Of a stretch of 64,000 nt of DNA, positions 10,452 through 21,044 are shown piece by piece. The position numbers were made by a program, and so were the translations under genes. Positions within the stretch are counted from its first letter, which is position 1; each line of letters starts with the position of its first letter. The notes under the pieces were generated by a model. That model worked only from the letters and a program-made list of their open reading frames with translations, was not told the DNA's origin and searched no databases. This DNA is from Promethearchaeota archaeon (lineage in GTDB: Archaea > Asgardarchaeota > Lokiarchaeia > Sigyniarchaeales > SOKP01), in contig JBHLNF010000001.1 in the NCBI GenBank assembly GCA_048937405.1, positions 288,001-352,000 on the forward strand, written 5' to 3'.

Positions 10452-11993
10452 TTAATCTTTTGAATAAATAGAATATTTTCTGTCTAATTTTTCTTTTAAT
10501 TCAAAGGATAGCTTAAAATTTTTAGTATAGAAGCTGAATATCAAATCATCAATCATTTTTTGTTCTTTTATATAATCATAATTCAGGTTTTTCTCTTTAT
10601 TTTTAATGATAGATTTTACTAAGATTTCAACTTTTTCTTGAATTTCTTTTTCTGGTTTAACGAAGGGTAGTGCATTAATTCCTGTAATTTGAATACTACT
10701 AGTATTATTTATAATTCCCTTCGCTAAATAATTATATAATGAACTATTTAGCAAACCTAAAATATAAAGAATTGAAACTGATGTATTTTTAACAATAAAT
10801 CCAATAGCTTTATTAGAATCCCAATAACATCCTTCTGGCATATAACGAGCAGCCAATCTTGAACTTACTCCACTTATTATGATACCTTCTTTTTCAAATG
10901 GTACATTTTTAGGTATGTCATAATTTTTTATTGATTCTTTTTTCCAATCTAAAGCTTCCATTATTGGTCTGGAATATTGATCTGCACCACCTCTTTTTAA
11001 ATAAGGTTTCCACTGAGATGAATTCAGGTTTTCACGAGAAATTATTTGATATTTTTTATCTGGTTTTTTTATTTTTTCATTTCGCTTCTTAAAAACATTT
11101 GCTAGACTTGTACCATCTATTGCTGCAATATATTTTTTATTATTATGTGTGTGCATCCCAATAAATCCTTGTAAAAAATCACTCAATTTAGGAATATTTT
11201 CAAATAGATCAAGGATTTCTTCTTCTATCTCCATAAAAAAGATGTTAAAGGGTAAAGAATTGTACTTTTTTTGTTTTATTTCATTAACAATTGGAGGATT
11301 ATAATAATCATATTCGCAATTAATCCTTGGTATAATCCTCATAGTATTGTTTTCTCTTAGATTTTTATTTTTTTGACCAGAGTGCTTTGATAAAATAATT
11401 ATTACTGGACTTGTACTTACATTTTGACTAGAAAACAAATTTTTAGGAGCCAAAAGAATTTCATTAATTTTACAATTATTAAGAATAAATTTCCTTAATT
11501 TTTTATGGGTACTCAGAGTTAAAAATGAATCGCTTGTTATAAAACCCAATTTTCCTCCTTCCTTTAATCTCCAAATACTATTAATAATAAACATAGCATA
11601 TGTTTCATGAGCGTTAATTTTCCCATAAATTTCTTGGAGTGTTTTTTTGTTTTTACGTACATAAGCACTAGCCTTGTTTAGATACGGAGGATTTCCTATA
11701 ATAAAATCGAATTCATTATAAGAATCAGGGTATAATGCTATAAGAGAGTCCTGTTTTTTAGTAGTAATCCCTAATTTTTTAATCTCGACTAAAAAGTTAG
11801 AATTTATATCATACGCGAATATTTGGGATTTATCTATTCCATTCTCTACTAGTTTTTTTACAAAAATCCCTGGTCCGACGCAAGGATCTAAGATTTTCTG
11901 TCCATTCCTTATTTTCCCTATCCTTGATAGTATATATTCAACCGTCTTAGGGGGAGTAACAACCACCCCTAATTCTTTCCTATTAAACTCGAT
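10452..11993 (-). CDS. N6-adenine DNA methyltransferase with TaqI-like C-terminal domain; probable ATC start
   Basis: LDPCVGPG, GNPPY and LGLLNS motifs; motif X (NRKELGVVVTP) begins upstream of the called GTG at 11966. Confidence 0.85.
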   Translation of the reverse strand: MEFNRKELGVVVTPPKTVEYILSRIGKIRNGQKILDPCVGPGIFVKKLVENGIDKSQIFAYDINSNFLVEIKKLGITTKKQDSLIALYPDSYNEFDFIIGNPPYLNKASAYVRKNKKTLQEIYGKINAHETYAMFIINSIWRLKEGGKLGFITSDSFLTLSTHKKLRKFILNNCKINEILLAPKNLFSSQNVSTSPVIIILSKHSGQKNKNLRENNTMRIIPRINCEYDYYNPPIVNEIKQKKYNSLPFNIFFMEIEEEILDLFENIPKLSDFLQGFIGMHTHNNKKYIAAIDGTSLANVFKKRNEKIKKPDKKYQIISRENLNSSQWKPYLKRGGADQYSRPIMEALDWKKESIKNYDIPKNVPFEKEGIIISGVSSRLAARYMPEGCYWDSNKAIGFIVKNTSVSILYILGLLNSSLYNYLAKGIINNTSSIQITGINALPFVKPEKEIQEKVEILVKSIIKNKEKNLNYDYIKEQKMIDDLIFSFYTKNFKLSFELKEKLDRKYSIYSKD

Positions 11994-12012
11994 TAATAAT
12001 CAACACTCGATA

Positions 12013-13182
12013 TTATTTTTTTAAATTTATATCGACTTCACTTAATAGAATGGTATAAAAATGACATAGTTTTTTCAAAAATCCTATTTCAATTTTATCC
12101 ACGTCATCATTAACAGAATGAACATAATTATATGAGGTTTTATCACCATTTCCCAAACCTTTAAATTTTTTATTGCGAAGAAATAACCCATCACTATATG
12201 TACCAATATAAATTCTTCTTGCCTTTTCTAAACTCATTATATTATTATTGTCTAAAATATAATTAAGAGCTTTATTATTATTTGTGAGAAGACCATGATC
12301 CCATAGATTTACTCGATTAGCTATTGAATCAAAATTAATTATGAAGGTCTTTTCTCTATCAAAATTTTTTATGCATTTATAGAAATTTCTTATTCCCATA
12401 GTACCTGATTCTTCAGCACCAGTAAATACAAACCATAAATTGTAATTTTTAAGCCTATTTTTCTGATTTGAATAATAATATAGTAGTTCTAAGACAATTG
12501 ATATTCCTGAAGCATTATCTATTGCTCCCTTAGATTTATTATTAGTCATATTTATCCATAATATTGAAGATGCCACACAATTAATAATTAATGTCAAAAT
12601 TGAAAAGCTATATAATAATATAAAATCTTCAACTATTACAAAAGAATTAAAAATGATGAATAAGAGACTCAAAGGGAATGAAATTAACCATGTATAATAC
12701 AATAGAATACGAATCTTTATTGAAAATGTTTGTCCCTTTGAATCTAAATGAGAAAAAAAGAAAATGTCATAATTTGAGTTCGTGTCTATATGTTGGGATA
12801 ATAATTTTACATATAAGTTTTGAGAATTATGCCTTTTTCCTAATTTAATTTTCTCAGGATTCCTTGTAAACAAAATCAGAATTAAAATTAAAATTAGGAT
12901 TAAACAAAGATTAATTAGTGTAAAAGCTATGCTAATGTTTAAAGATAGAACCACAAGAAGCCAACTTAATAATGTCAAAGATACTTTAGGATAGATCCTT
13001 GAATAAAATGTACTAAATAAAAATTTTTGAACGATCGGAGTAAGATCAAGATCTTCTATCTTTTGTTTAGTAATACTGAAACATTTCCTCTCATATTTAG
13101 TTCCAGATAACCTTGGAAAAGATAATTCTTTTAAATTATCTCTTATACGTGTTTCATCAATCATAGTGAGATCAGTAATCAA
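12013..13182 (-). CDS. Membrane-inserted M28 family peptidase
   Basis: SHLDSK, GAIDNASG, GAEESG, HS..D, with TM hairpins. Confidence 0.85.
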   Translation of the reverse strand: MITDLTMIDETRIRDNLKELSFPRLSGTKYERKCFSITKQKIEDLDLTPIVQKFLFSTFYSRIYPKVSLTLLSWLLVVLSLNISIAFTLINLCLILILILILILFTRNPEKIKLGKRHNSQNLYVKLLSQHIDTNSNYDIFFFSHLDSKGQTFSIKIRILLYYTWLISFPLSLLFIIFNSFVIVEDFILLYSFSILTLIINCVASSILWINMTNNKSKGAIDNASGISIVLELLYYYSNQKNRLKNYNLWFVFTGAEESGTMGIRNFYKCIKNFDREKTFIINFDSIANRVNLWDHGLLTNNNKALNYILDNNNIMSLEKARRIYIGTYSDGLFLRNKKFKGLGNGDKTSYNYVHSVNDDVDKIEIGFLKKLCHFYTILLSEVDINLKK

Positions 13183-13574
13183 TAGATATCTGCTTATAGT
13201 CTTCTTTAGATAGCTATAATTACCTATAAAAATTGTATAAATTTAATTAATTATTCGCATTTTGAATTTTTCAAGTTTAATCTATCAGTTATCAAGTCTA
13301 TGGAACAAAGAAAAGAAATTTTTCTTTATGAGGTGATTAATCTAATAATTTTTCTCTAGATCTTCTTAGAAAAACTCAATATCTTGGTTGATTTTTTTCA
13401 ATTCTTTTTATAATCATTAACATTCACTTATTTTATTAAAATTTTAAGTTCTAAAACCATAAAAAAAAAAATATATTATTAAGATTCGTAAAATTCGTAA
13501 AAACATGCGTGGTAATAAAGTCTTTAAAGTAAGAATACTTCTTTGGCTTAATACTTAAACGATTAGATACAGAA

Positions 13575-14324
13575 ATGAGTAAAATTTTCACAGATCTTGG
13601 AATTGTCGGAATTACATACTTATATGTTCTGTTGACAATCTTTATTCCTCTTATTTTGTATAAAAAAGAGAGTATATCAAAATTTACAGCTAGGAAAGCT
13701 ATTCATATATCTGCTGGACTAGCAATATTCAGTTCACCATTTTATTACTGGCCATTTTGGCCTACTATAATAGCAGGTAGTTTAATGGTTTTTATTTATT
13801 TAAGCTCAAAAGAATCAAACGTGAAACAATTTAAAGATTTATATGAAGCAATATCGGAGGAACAAGAAGAAAATTTAAAAAGAGCTTTTCTTCAGGGTCC
13901 ATTTTTTTATTGTTTTTCAATTACATTATTAGTTTTCATTTTTGGGATATTTGCCTCTGATCAGTTTTATTTTCCGATCGCAGGAGCCTTATTAATGATT
14001 ATAGCTGATACATTAGCTTCGGTTATTGGAAAACGATGGGGAAAAGTTAGTGTAAGTCTCCCTTGGACAAACTCAAAAAGAACTCTCGAAGGGTCTCTGA
14101 CCTTTTTGGGATCTGCCTTTATCTTATCTACACTCACGTTTTACTTATTTGGCACACTTATACCAACTTTTCAAGAAGTATTATCCCTACCTACCGTTTT
14201 AATATATTCATTAATTACCAGTATTATAGCAACTTTTATTGAATTAATTTCTCCAAGTACTTATGATGATTTAACTGTTCCTATTGGAAGTACAATAATT
14301 ATATATCTTTTAACTCTCATTTAA
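13575..14324 (+). CDS. Phytol/dolichol kinase-like (CTP-transferase fold) membrane protein
   Basis: RKAIH, ADTLASVIGKRWG, KRTLEGS, DDLTVP. Confidence 0.8.
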   Translation: MSKIFTDLGIVGITYLYVLLTIFIPLILYKKESISKFTARKAIHISAGLAIFSSPFYYWPFWPTIIAGSLMVFIYLSSKESNVKQFKDLYEAISEEQEENLKRAFLQGPFFYCFSITLLVFIFGIFASDQFYFPIAGALLMIIADTLASVIGKRWGKVSVSLPWTNSKRTLEGSLTFLGSAFILSTLTFYLFGTLIPTFQEVLSLPTVLIYSLITSIIATFIELISPSTYDDLTVPIGSTIIIYLLTLI

Positions 14325-14372
14325 TCTTATCTAATTTATTTTTTATCTTAATAAATTATCAAAAATATAAAA

Positions 14373-15776
14373 TTGTCTATTATGGAAAACATAGAAAAAA
14401 CCTTTGATGTATTAGTAATCGGGGCCGGAACTGGGGGTACTACGGCGGCTAGATTTACAGCTAGAAAAGGATTAAATGTATGTTTAATAGACAGAAAAAA
14501 AAAAGAAGAAATAGGGAATAAAATATGTGGTGATGCTGTAGGGAATGAAATTTTTGACATTCTAAAAATAAATCATCCCAAAAATGAAGAACTTTCTTGT
14601 CACATAAAAGGAGCAAAATTATATTCGCCCAATCTTAAAAAATGTATAACCCTTTTTGATCCAAAACAAGCTGGTTATATTGTAAATAGACTAGAATTTG
14701 GTCAGAGATTACTGAATGAAGCTCTTGATGCTGGTGTAAGACAGTTTTTAGATAAAACTATGGTGTTAGATTTATTATATTCAAATGGAACGGTAAATGG
14801 AGTTAAAGTAAAATTAGAAAATGGAGAAAAAGTCGATCTAAATGCTAAAATAGTTATTGATGCTAGTGGTTTTTACTCCCCATTGAGAAAAAAAGTTAAA
14901 AGTTCTTTAATTGAAAAAAATATTTCAAAAGAAGATAGTATTTTATGTTATCGCGAAATAGTGAAATTTTCACCATCAGACCTAAATATTCAAGATCCTG
15001 AATTTATTACAATTATTCTTGATCAAAAGAAAGCACCAGGGGGATATATCTGGTATTTTCCTAAAACCCAGTCATCAGTTAACATAGGAATTGGAACTTT
15101 TATGGATTATAGAGGTAAAGTTAAAGATCTATATAAGGTCAATGTATATAATCAATTCATTAAAACATCTAAGGTTGAAATAATTTCCTCTGGAGGGGGA
15201 GTAGTTCCAGTAAGAAGGCCATTATGGTCATGTACAGACAAAGGATTCATGCTAATAGGAGATGCTGCTTGCCAAGTTAATCCACTTCATGGCGGTGGAA
15301 TAGATCCATCCATGCGAGCAGGATATTATGCAGCTAATTCAGCAGTTCGAGCTATAGAAAATAATAACTATTCCATTGATGAATTATGGGATTATAACTA
15401 TAATGTAATGACAAGTTTTGGAGCAGAATTTGCTTCATTAGACTTATTAAGAATTGTTCTTCAATCACTTTCAAATGAAGATCTCAATTTTGGATTAGGA
15501 CGCGACTTATTAAATGGAGAAGAAATCTTAGAAATTTCCTCTAAAGGCGGTTTAAGTTTATCGATATTTGATATGGCAGTTAAAGCTTTTAAAGGAATTT
15601 CTCATCCGAACTTATTATTAGATTTAAATTATCTTAGAATAAGAATGAATGAAATGTCTAAGCTATATAAAAATTTTCCTAAAGAATTAAGTCAGTTTTC
15701 TAATTGGAAAGAAAAGGTCATTGAAATTTATGAAAAGATTAAAAAAATGATTGTTAGATTAAAAAAAGTTGAATAA
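14373..15776 (+). CDS. Geranylgeranyl reductase family (DGGGPL reductase)
   Basis: GAGTGG, KICGD, GYIWYFP, IGDAA...NPLHGGG. Confidence 0.9.
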   Translation: MSIMENIEKTFDVLVIGAGTGGTTAARFTARKGLNVCLIDRKKKEEIGNKICGDAVGNEIFDILKINHPKNEELSCHIKGAKLYSPNLKKCITLFDPKQAGYIVNRLEFGQRLLNEALDAGVRQFLDKTMVLDLLYSNGTVNGVKVKLENGEKVDLNAKIVIDASGFYSPLRKKVKSSLIEKNISKEDSILCYREIVKFSPSDLNIQDPEFITIILDQKKAPGGYIWYFPKTQSSVNIGIGTFMDYRGKVKDLYKVNVYNQFIKTSKVEIISSGGGVVPVRRPLWSCTDKGFMLIGDAACQVNPLHGGGIDPSMRAGYYAANSAVRAIENNNYSIDELWDYNYNVMTSFGAEFASLDLLRIVLQSLSNEDLNFGLGRDLLNGEEILEISSKGGLSLSIFDMAVKAFKGISHPNLLLDLNYLRIRMNEMSKLYKNFPKELSQFSNWKEKVIEIYEKIKKMIVRLKKVE

Positions 15777-15786
15777 ATAGAGAGAT

Positions 15787-16614
15787 GTGAAAGATATGGT
15801 TGATATATTAATTGATGAATATATTGAAAGAAATACATATGAATATTTAATTAATAAAATTAATGATGAAGGTGCTCTGCATTTTTCTTTAATAGATCCC
15901 GATCCATTAAGGCAGGGTCCAATGAAAGCAGCAAAAATGGCTAAATATGCTGAAGATGCAGGAACCGATGCTATTTTAATAGGAGGAAGTACAGTTTTTG
16001 ATCAAAGTTTTGTTGATAAAACAATTCAAGCAATAAAAAACAAAATTGAGCTACCCGTTATTATTTTTCCTGGGGGTATCAGTAATGTTTCTCAGTATGC
16101 AGATGCTATTTTCTTTATGTCTTTATTAAACTCATCAGATCCTTATTCTATAGTGGGACAACAAGCTCTCGCTTCATATACAATCAGATCATTTAACTTA
16201 GAATATATTTCAATGGCATATTTAATAATAGAACCTGGAGGGAGTGCGGGATGGATTGGAAATGCGAAACTATTACCAAGAAATAAACCTAAATTAACAG
16301 CTGCTTACGCTTTAGCAGCAGAAATGTTTGGTTTTAAAATTGTTTATTTAGAGGCTGGTTCTGGGAGTGAAAAAATTCCGTTAGAACATATAAAAACTTG
16401 TAAATCAGTTTTAAACATCCCAGTAATTACTGGAGGAGGTGTTGATAACAAAGAAGATGCTAAAGCTTTCGTGGAAGCAGGAAGTGACATAATAGTAATG
16501 GGGACTTTCATTGAAAACCACATTCTAAAAGATAATGGAAACTCTTTAAAGGAAATTATCGATGAAATTAAAATCACTAGTAAAAATCAGAAAAAAAAAT
16601 TTGAAATTAGATAA
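15787..16614 (+). CDS. Geranylgeranylglyceryl phosphate synthase
   Basis: LIDPD, IGGS, FMSLLNS, YLEAGSG. Confidence 0.92.
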   Translation: MKDMVDILIDEYIERNTYEYLINKINDEGALHFSLIDPDPLRQGPMKAAKMAKYAEDAGTDAILIGGSTVFDQSFVDKTIQAIKNKIELPVIIFPGGISNVSQYADAIFFMSLLNSSDPYSIVGQQALASYTIRSFNLEYISMAYLIIEPGGSAGWIGNAKLLPRNKPKLTAAYALAAEMFGFKIVYLEAGSGSEKIPLEHIKTCKSVLNIPVITGGGVDNKEDAKAFVEAGSDIIVMGTFIENHILKDNGNSLKEIIDEIKITSKNQKKKFEIR

Positions 16615-16627
16615 ATTGTGATTTTCA

Positions 16628-17506
16628 TTGAAAATTAAAGATGCTATTGGGATTCTTCGACCAGTTAATGACATAATGGGAAGTCTTACAGTTATAATTG
16701 GAATTTTAGTAACCAGACAAGGAATTGGTTATGAAAGAATTATTATTAATATTATACTTGGAGTATTGACTTATTTCTTTATTGCAGGTTCTGGAATGGT
16801 AATAAATGACATTTATGATATTGAGATTGATAAGATAAATAGACCAGAACGACCTATTCCCAGCGGAGCTATAACAATGCTTGAAGCAAAATACTTATTT
16901 GCAGGACTATTTATATTAGGAATTCTAATTTCTATTATTCATAGTATAATTTTCAATTTGTTATATATCAATGTATTTTTAGCAATTTTTTTTGGATTTA
17001 TGGGTTGGGTATATGCAAAATGGGGGAAAAAAAGTGGATTTTTTGGAAATATAATTGTAAGTATCTCTTTCTCTATTGGATTTATATATGGAGCAATTTT
17101 AAATAGTTCGACTATTCCTATCTATATTTATTTTTTCTTTCTAAATAGCATTTTTGGTTTGTTATCTCGTGAAATTATAAAAGGTTGTGAAGATATTGAA
17201 GGTGATAAAGAGTTAGGAGTTAATACTTTAGCTATTAAAATAGGCTTATCAAAAACCCCTTACATCTCTATGATCTGTGCATTTTTATCTATCTTATTCT
17301 TTATACTAGCGGCATTCACAGAATTAATTAACCGGTTAGCATTTTCAATTTCTATGATTTTTGGTATAGTTGTAATATTATATGCCGCATTATTAATGCC
17401 TAAAAAGAATTTAGAGAAAAAAGATTTCTCAAAAATTAGTCTATTATTAAAAATAGCAATGCTTTTAGGGTTAATTGCCATTCTTTTAGCTAGTATTAAT
17501 TTTTAA
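16628..17506 (+). CDS. Digeranylgeranylglyceryl phosphate synthase (UbiA family)
   Basis: NDIYDIEIDKINRPERPIPSG and REIIKGCEDIEGD motifs. Confidence 0.9.
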   Translation: MKIKDAIGILRPVNDIMGSLTVIIGILVTRQGIGYERIIINIILGVLTYFFIAGSGMVINDIYDIEIDKINRPERPIPSGAITMLEAKYLFAGLFILGILISIIHSIIFNLLYINVFLAIFFGFMGWVYAKWGKKSGFFGNIIVSISFSIGFIYGAILNSSTIPIYIYFFFLNSIFGLLSREIIKGCEDIEGDKELGVNTLAIKIGLSKTPYISMICAFLSILFFILAAFTELINRLAFSISMIFGIVVILYAALLMPKKNLEKKDFSKISLLLKIAMLLGLIAILLASINF

Positions 17507-17518
17507 ATATACCTATCT

Positions 17519-18931
17519 TTAGCCTTTTTTGAATTTGTTTAAAAATTGAGTTATTCCATGAAAGTTCTCGCTAATTATTAATTCTTTTAATATTTTCTTA
17601 TCATTTGAATTCATGCTAATAACAGGAAGTGTTTTTATTAAAGATCTTACTTGAGTTAATCCTAAATACTTTCTTGTATATTCAGCATCAGAATATTTAT
17701 AAGTTGTGAGGAATTCACTATCTAATTTCTTTCTGAATACTTCTAAAATAAAATTAAAGTAATTTTTCAGTAAAATTTGATCCTCTATATTGATTGCTGG
17801 TTCCAAAAAGAGTTGAATTGGATGAGTTCTGTATGTATTCCCCGATACATAAATCCCATCAACTCCAAATTCCTCAGAAATAATACCTAATCCAACTCTC
17901 CCCATATAAGAACCAGTATCAACAGTTCGAATATATAAAATATTAGATTTGACTTTATTTTTTAAATAATCATTAATATGAAGAATTTTCTGCTTATATT
18001 CATTATTTTGATATTTATTCGCATCTAGTACTCTAATTTCATTATTCCCTTTATTTTCAATTACATCTGAATTTAATAGATAAAAACTTACCTTTAGGGG
18101 TATTTGAGTATTATATTCTTTGAGAAATTCATCAAATTCAGACCCAGCTCGAAATTTAAATTCTGGTTTAAGAATATATCGTTTTTCGAATATGTCATTT
18201 TTGTTTTTAATTTTAATCCCATCAAATTCTATACTTTCAACTTTAGGTAATGCTTTTCTTTTAAAGAAACTAATACAGATATTTGTGCCTGTGAATTCAA
18301 ATATTTTTGTTTCAAATATAATCATTTTTTTTATTTTATAATATTCAAGAAAATCTTTACGAAACTTGTTTGAAACTGATGCCCCATATAAAAAGTTTGA
18401 TGGTATGATATAAATTAAATTCTCTATTTTATTTCTTAAATCATTTATCATTGCAATTTGGTATAAATCTTGATACCCCTCATTTTTACCCTTAAACAGT
18501 TTTAAATATTTATGAGTGTCTCTATGCTTTCTAATATATCCTAAATAGAGATATGGTGGATTTGTTATGTGGAACAATGGAAAATGAACATGTTTCATAA
18601 ACTCTGGAAAACTTTCTAGGTTATTTCTCAATTGAATGTTCATTTTAGCTACTTTTGAAGGTATACTGTGTTTTTCAGCATTTTTTATGCATTTATTTAC
18701 CATCTCTGGTTGGATATCAAATAAAAAAATATGTTCCGTAAAAAATTGAGTTCTCTTTTCAATAGAAATTGAATCCAATATAGGTAATATTAAATTTCCT
18801 TCACCAGCATATAAATCTATCCATGTATATTCCCATAGTTTTGATCTTATTTCGGGAAATATGTATTTCAGGAAAATCTCTCTTGATGTCAAATGAACTC
18901 CTAAAGATCTTCGATTTTTATTATTTTCCAT
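17519..18931 (-). CDS. N6-adenine DNA methyltransferase (orphan)
   Basis: DLYAGEGNL, FDIQP, TNPPY, YIIPSNF. Confidence 0.85.
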   Translation of the reverse strand: MENNKNRRSLGVHLTSREIFLKYIFPEIRSKLWEYTWIDLYAGEGNLILPILDSISIEKRTQFFTEHIFLFDIQPEMVNKCIKNAEKHSIPSKVAKMNIQLRNNLESFPEFMKHVHFPLFHITNPPYLYLGYIRKHRDTHKYLKLFKGKNEGYQDLYQIAMINDLRNKIENLIYIIPSNFLYGASVSNKFRKDFLEYYKIKKMIIFETKIFEFTGTNICISFFKRKALPKVESIEFDGIKIKNKNDIFEKRYILKPEFKFRAGSEFDEFLKEYNTQIPLKVSFYLLNSDVIENKGNNEIRVLDANKYQNNEYKQKILHINDYLKNKVKSNILYIRTVDTGSYMGRVGLGIISEEFGVDGIYVSGNTYRTHPIQLFLEPAINIEDQILLKNYFNFILEVFRKKLDSEFLTTYKYSDAEYTRKYLGLTQVRSLIKTLPVISMNSNDKKILKELIISENFHGITQFLNKFKKG

Positions 18932-19094
18932 TCTCCGTGTTAGATTTCCTTTATATGATTTAATCTCTAAGAACTCTTAGATAATTTTATTTATAACCTA
19001 ATTCAAATTAAATTTTTTCTTACGTAAAGAACTAGTCTAAAATTGACTAAAAATATCTTCATGAAAAAAAAAAAAAAAAGGATTTAATTTTAAC

Positions 19095-19805
19095 TTATTT
19101 TTTTATTCGTTTTTTATATGTATAAATACATACAAAGGAAGCTACACAAGTAATACCTATTAAAATAGTTAATTCATATCCAGGAATTCCATTACCCCCT
19201 GGACCAGATATACCTTTAAGAGCAGCACTTTGAAGACTATCAGGGCAAATATCTACATAACTCATATTTGTAGCATAAATAAGATACATACTCATAAAAT
19301 ACCAATTAAGTGAGGAGTCAATAGTAAGAGCCCCACTTGGAATCCCTATCTCGAATTCATCACCATCGATGGTCACAACACTCGCAGGGGTCATATAACC
19401 CCAATCAGTACCAGTCCAATACAGACCACTTGGATTTATGAGATAACCACCACTGCCCCCACCATACATCACCATATATTGTGTGGTAGGATCATCAATG
19501 TCTTCATATAATATGAAAGTGTATATATAACTCGCCGTAGTAGGTACATTTCCACTAAAAGTTATAGTAAAATTTTGTCCTGAATGGGTCATCGTAGCAA
19601 TATCAACCTCTGTATGAAGATCAGTAGAGGTCCAGGTTTCTTCATTACCATTAATTTCGATTATATCACCTGTAGCATCAGTTATATTATCAGCAGTTGA
19701 TAACTTCAAATCTGCTCTTCCTATTGCAGCTGATGCCATAGAAACCATTAAAAAAAGACACAAGATAGATATTATAATAATATTTTTTCTTTTCATTGAA
19801 TTCAC
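19095..19805 (-). CDS. Secreted/surface protein with C-terminal IPGY-TM-basic sorting signal
   Basis: Signal peptide; C-terminus IPGYELTILIG...YKKRIKK (Loki-CTERM/PGF-CTERM-like). Confidence 0.75.
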   Translation of the reverse strand: MNSMKRKNIIIISILCLFLMVSMASAAIGRADLKLSTADNITDATGDIIEINGNEETWTSTDLHTEVDIATMTHSGQNFTITFSGNVPTTASYIYTFILYEDIDDPTTQYMVMYGGGSGGYLINPSGLYWTGTDWGYMTPASVVTIDGDEFEIGIPSGALTIDSSLNWYFMSMYLIYATNMSYVDICPDSLQSAALKGISGPGGNGIPGYELTILIGITCVASFVCIYTYKKRIKK

Positions 19806-19988
19806 TCTTTAGAAATATTAAACTTGGGTTTTTGTAAAATTTCTTACATGAATTGATAGTAATAATAATTATTAAATGTTATGTTAGATCATGTTTATTT
19901 AGTTGTTGGTTCGATTGAAAGACCATCATTTCAATTTTATAAAAAGATATAAACACTAAAGGTAAAAATATAAAAAAAAAAATTTATC

Positions 19989-21044
19989 TTAAGATCCAGA
20001 TTTGTATTTTTCAGCTTTATAGATTCTGTAGAAGTCCTCAATTGTACTTAAAGCAACTAAAGCAATTATCAAACAAGCAATTCCTCTAAAAATGGCATAA
20101 TATTCAGGAGCAATTCCTATATTGGTAAGAGTTTCTGTAGAGTTATCAATAATTAAGATTGGGAATATTTCTGGTCTATTTAACATTAAAACTACCACAG
20201 ATATCGAAGCTAATTTTACTGCTATTGTAATCCCATGAATAATCTGATGCGTTAACATCTGCCTATTTCCTATTAATCCCCGATTTAAATCTAAGATACC
20301 CTCAATTAACATAAATATTCCTGCGAATTGAAGATACAGAAGAAATTCAGGATTAATTAAATTTCTTACAGCTGGAATGGGTAACAAAATTAAGAATATT
20401 CCGAATATAATTCCTATAAATCCACCAATGATTACTCCTACAGGTTTTATATATGACCTTAATGGTTTTTTCTTAATTTCTGAAATTGAAATTCCTTTTT
20501 CTCTTGCGATCTCAAGACTTTGTTTTTCTTCCTCTCGGATTTTCTTTGATTTAAAATCTTCAGGAAAATAACCTTCCATCGATAATGCAACAAAAATTAT
20601 CGTAATTATAGCAAAAGCAGAGAGACATCCAATCTGTATTCCTTGAATTATATTTAAGAAGAATTTACCGATATCTACATTCCCAAAAATAATATCTATC
20701 ACCTGTGAACTGATTGAAATTCCGATTATGACTGCAAAAACAATTCCTAACACTTTTAAATAACTTGACCATAATTCTTCTGTAATATAATATTTTGGTG
20801 TACCTCGACGTTTGTATTCTTTAGCAATATTCTCTGGTTTTCCCATATGAGAAACTGCCAATTCAACAGATTGTAGTGTGGGTTGACCCGTTCCTGATAA
20901 TTCTTCCGCTTTACTCCAAATATGTTCTTCAAGTTCATGTAGGATATCGTTATGTTCTTTTTTTTCTTTAAGCCAGTCAGGAAGTTTAGATTTAACTGCC
21001 TTAAGATATTTTTTTATCATATTGCTCATTTCTTTTTCACTCAT
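19989..21044 (-). CDS. HAAS-domain membrane protein (PadR partner)
   Basis: YL..V...L...IL.ELEEHI...MGKPENIAKEY followed by TM helices. Confidence 0.75.
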   Translation of the reverse strand: MSEKEMSNMIKKYLKAVKSKLPDWLKEKKEHNDILHELEEHIWSKAEELSGTGQPTLQSVELAVSHMGKPENIAKEYKRRGTPKYYITEELWSSYLKVLGIVFAVIIGISISSQVIDIIFGNVDIGKFFLNIIQGIQIGCLSAFAIITIIFVALSMEGYFPEDFKSKKIREEEKQSLEIAREKGISISEIKKKPLRSYIKPVGVIIGGFIGIIFGIFLILLPIPAVRNLINPEFLLYLQFAGIFMLIEGILDLNRGLIGNRQMLTHQIIHGITIAVKLASISVVVLMLNRPEIFPILIIDNSTETLTNIGIAPEYYAIFRGIACLIIALVALSTIEDFYRIYKAEKYKSGS

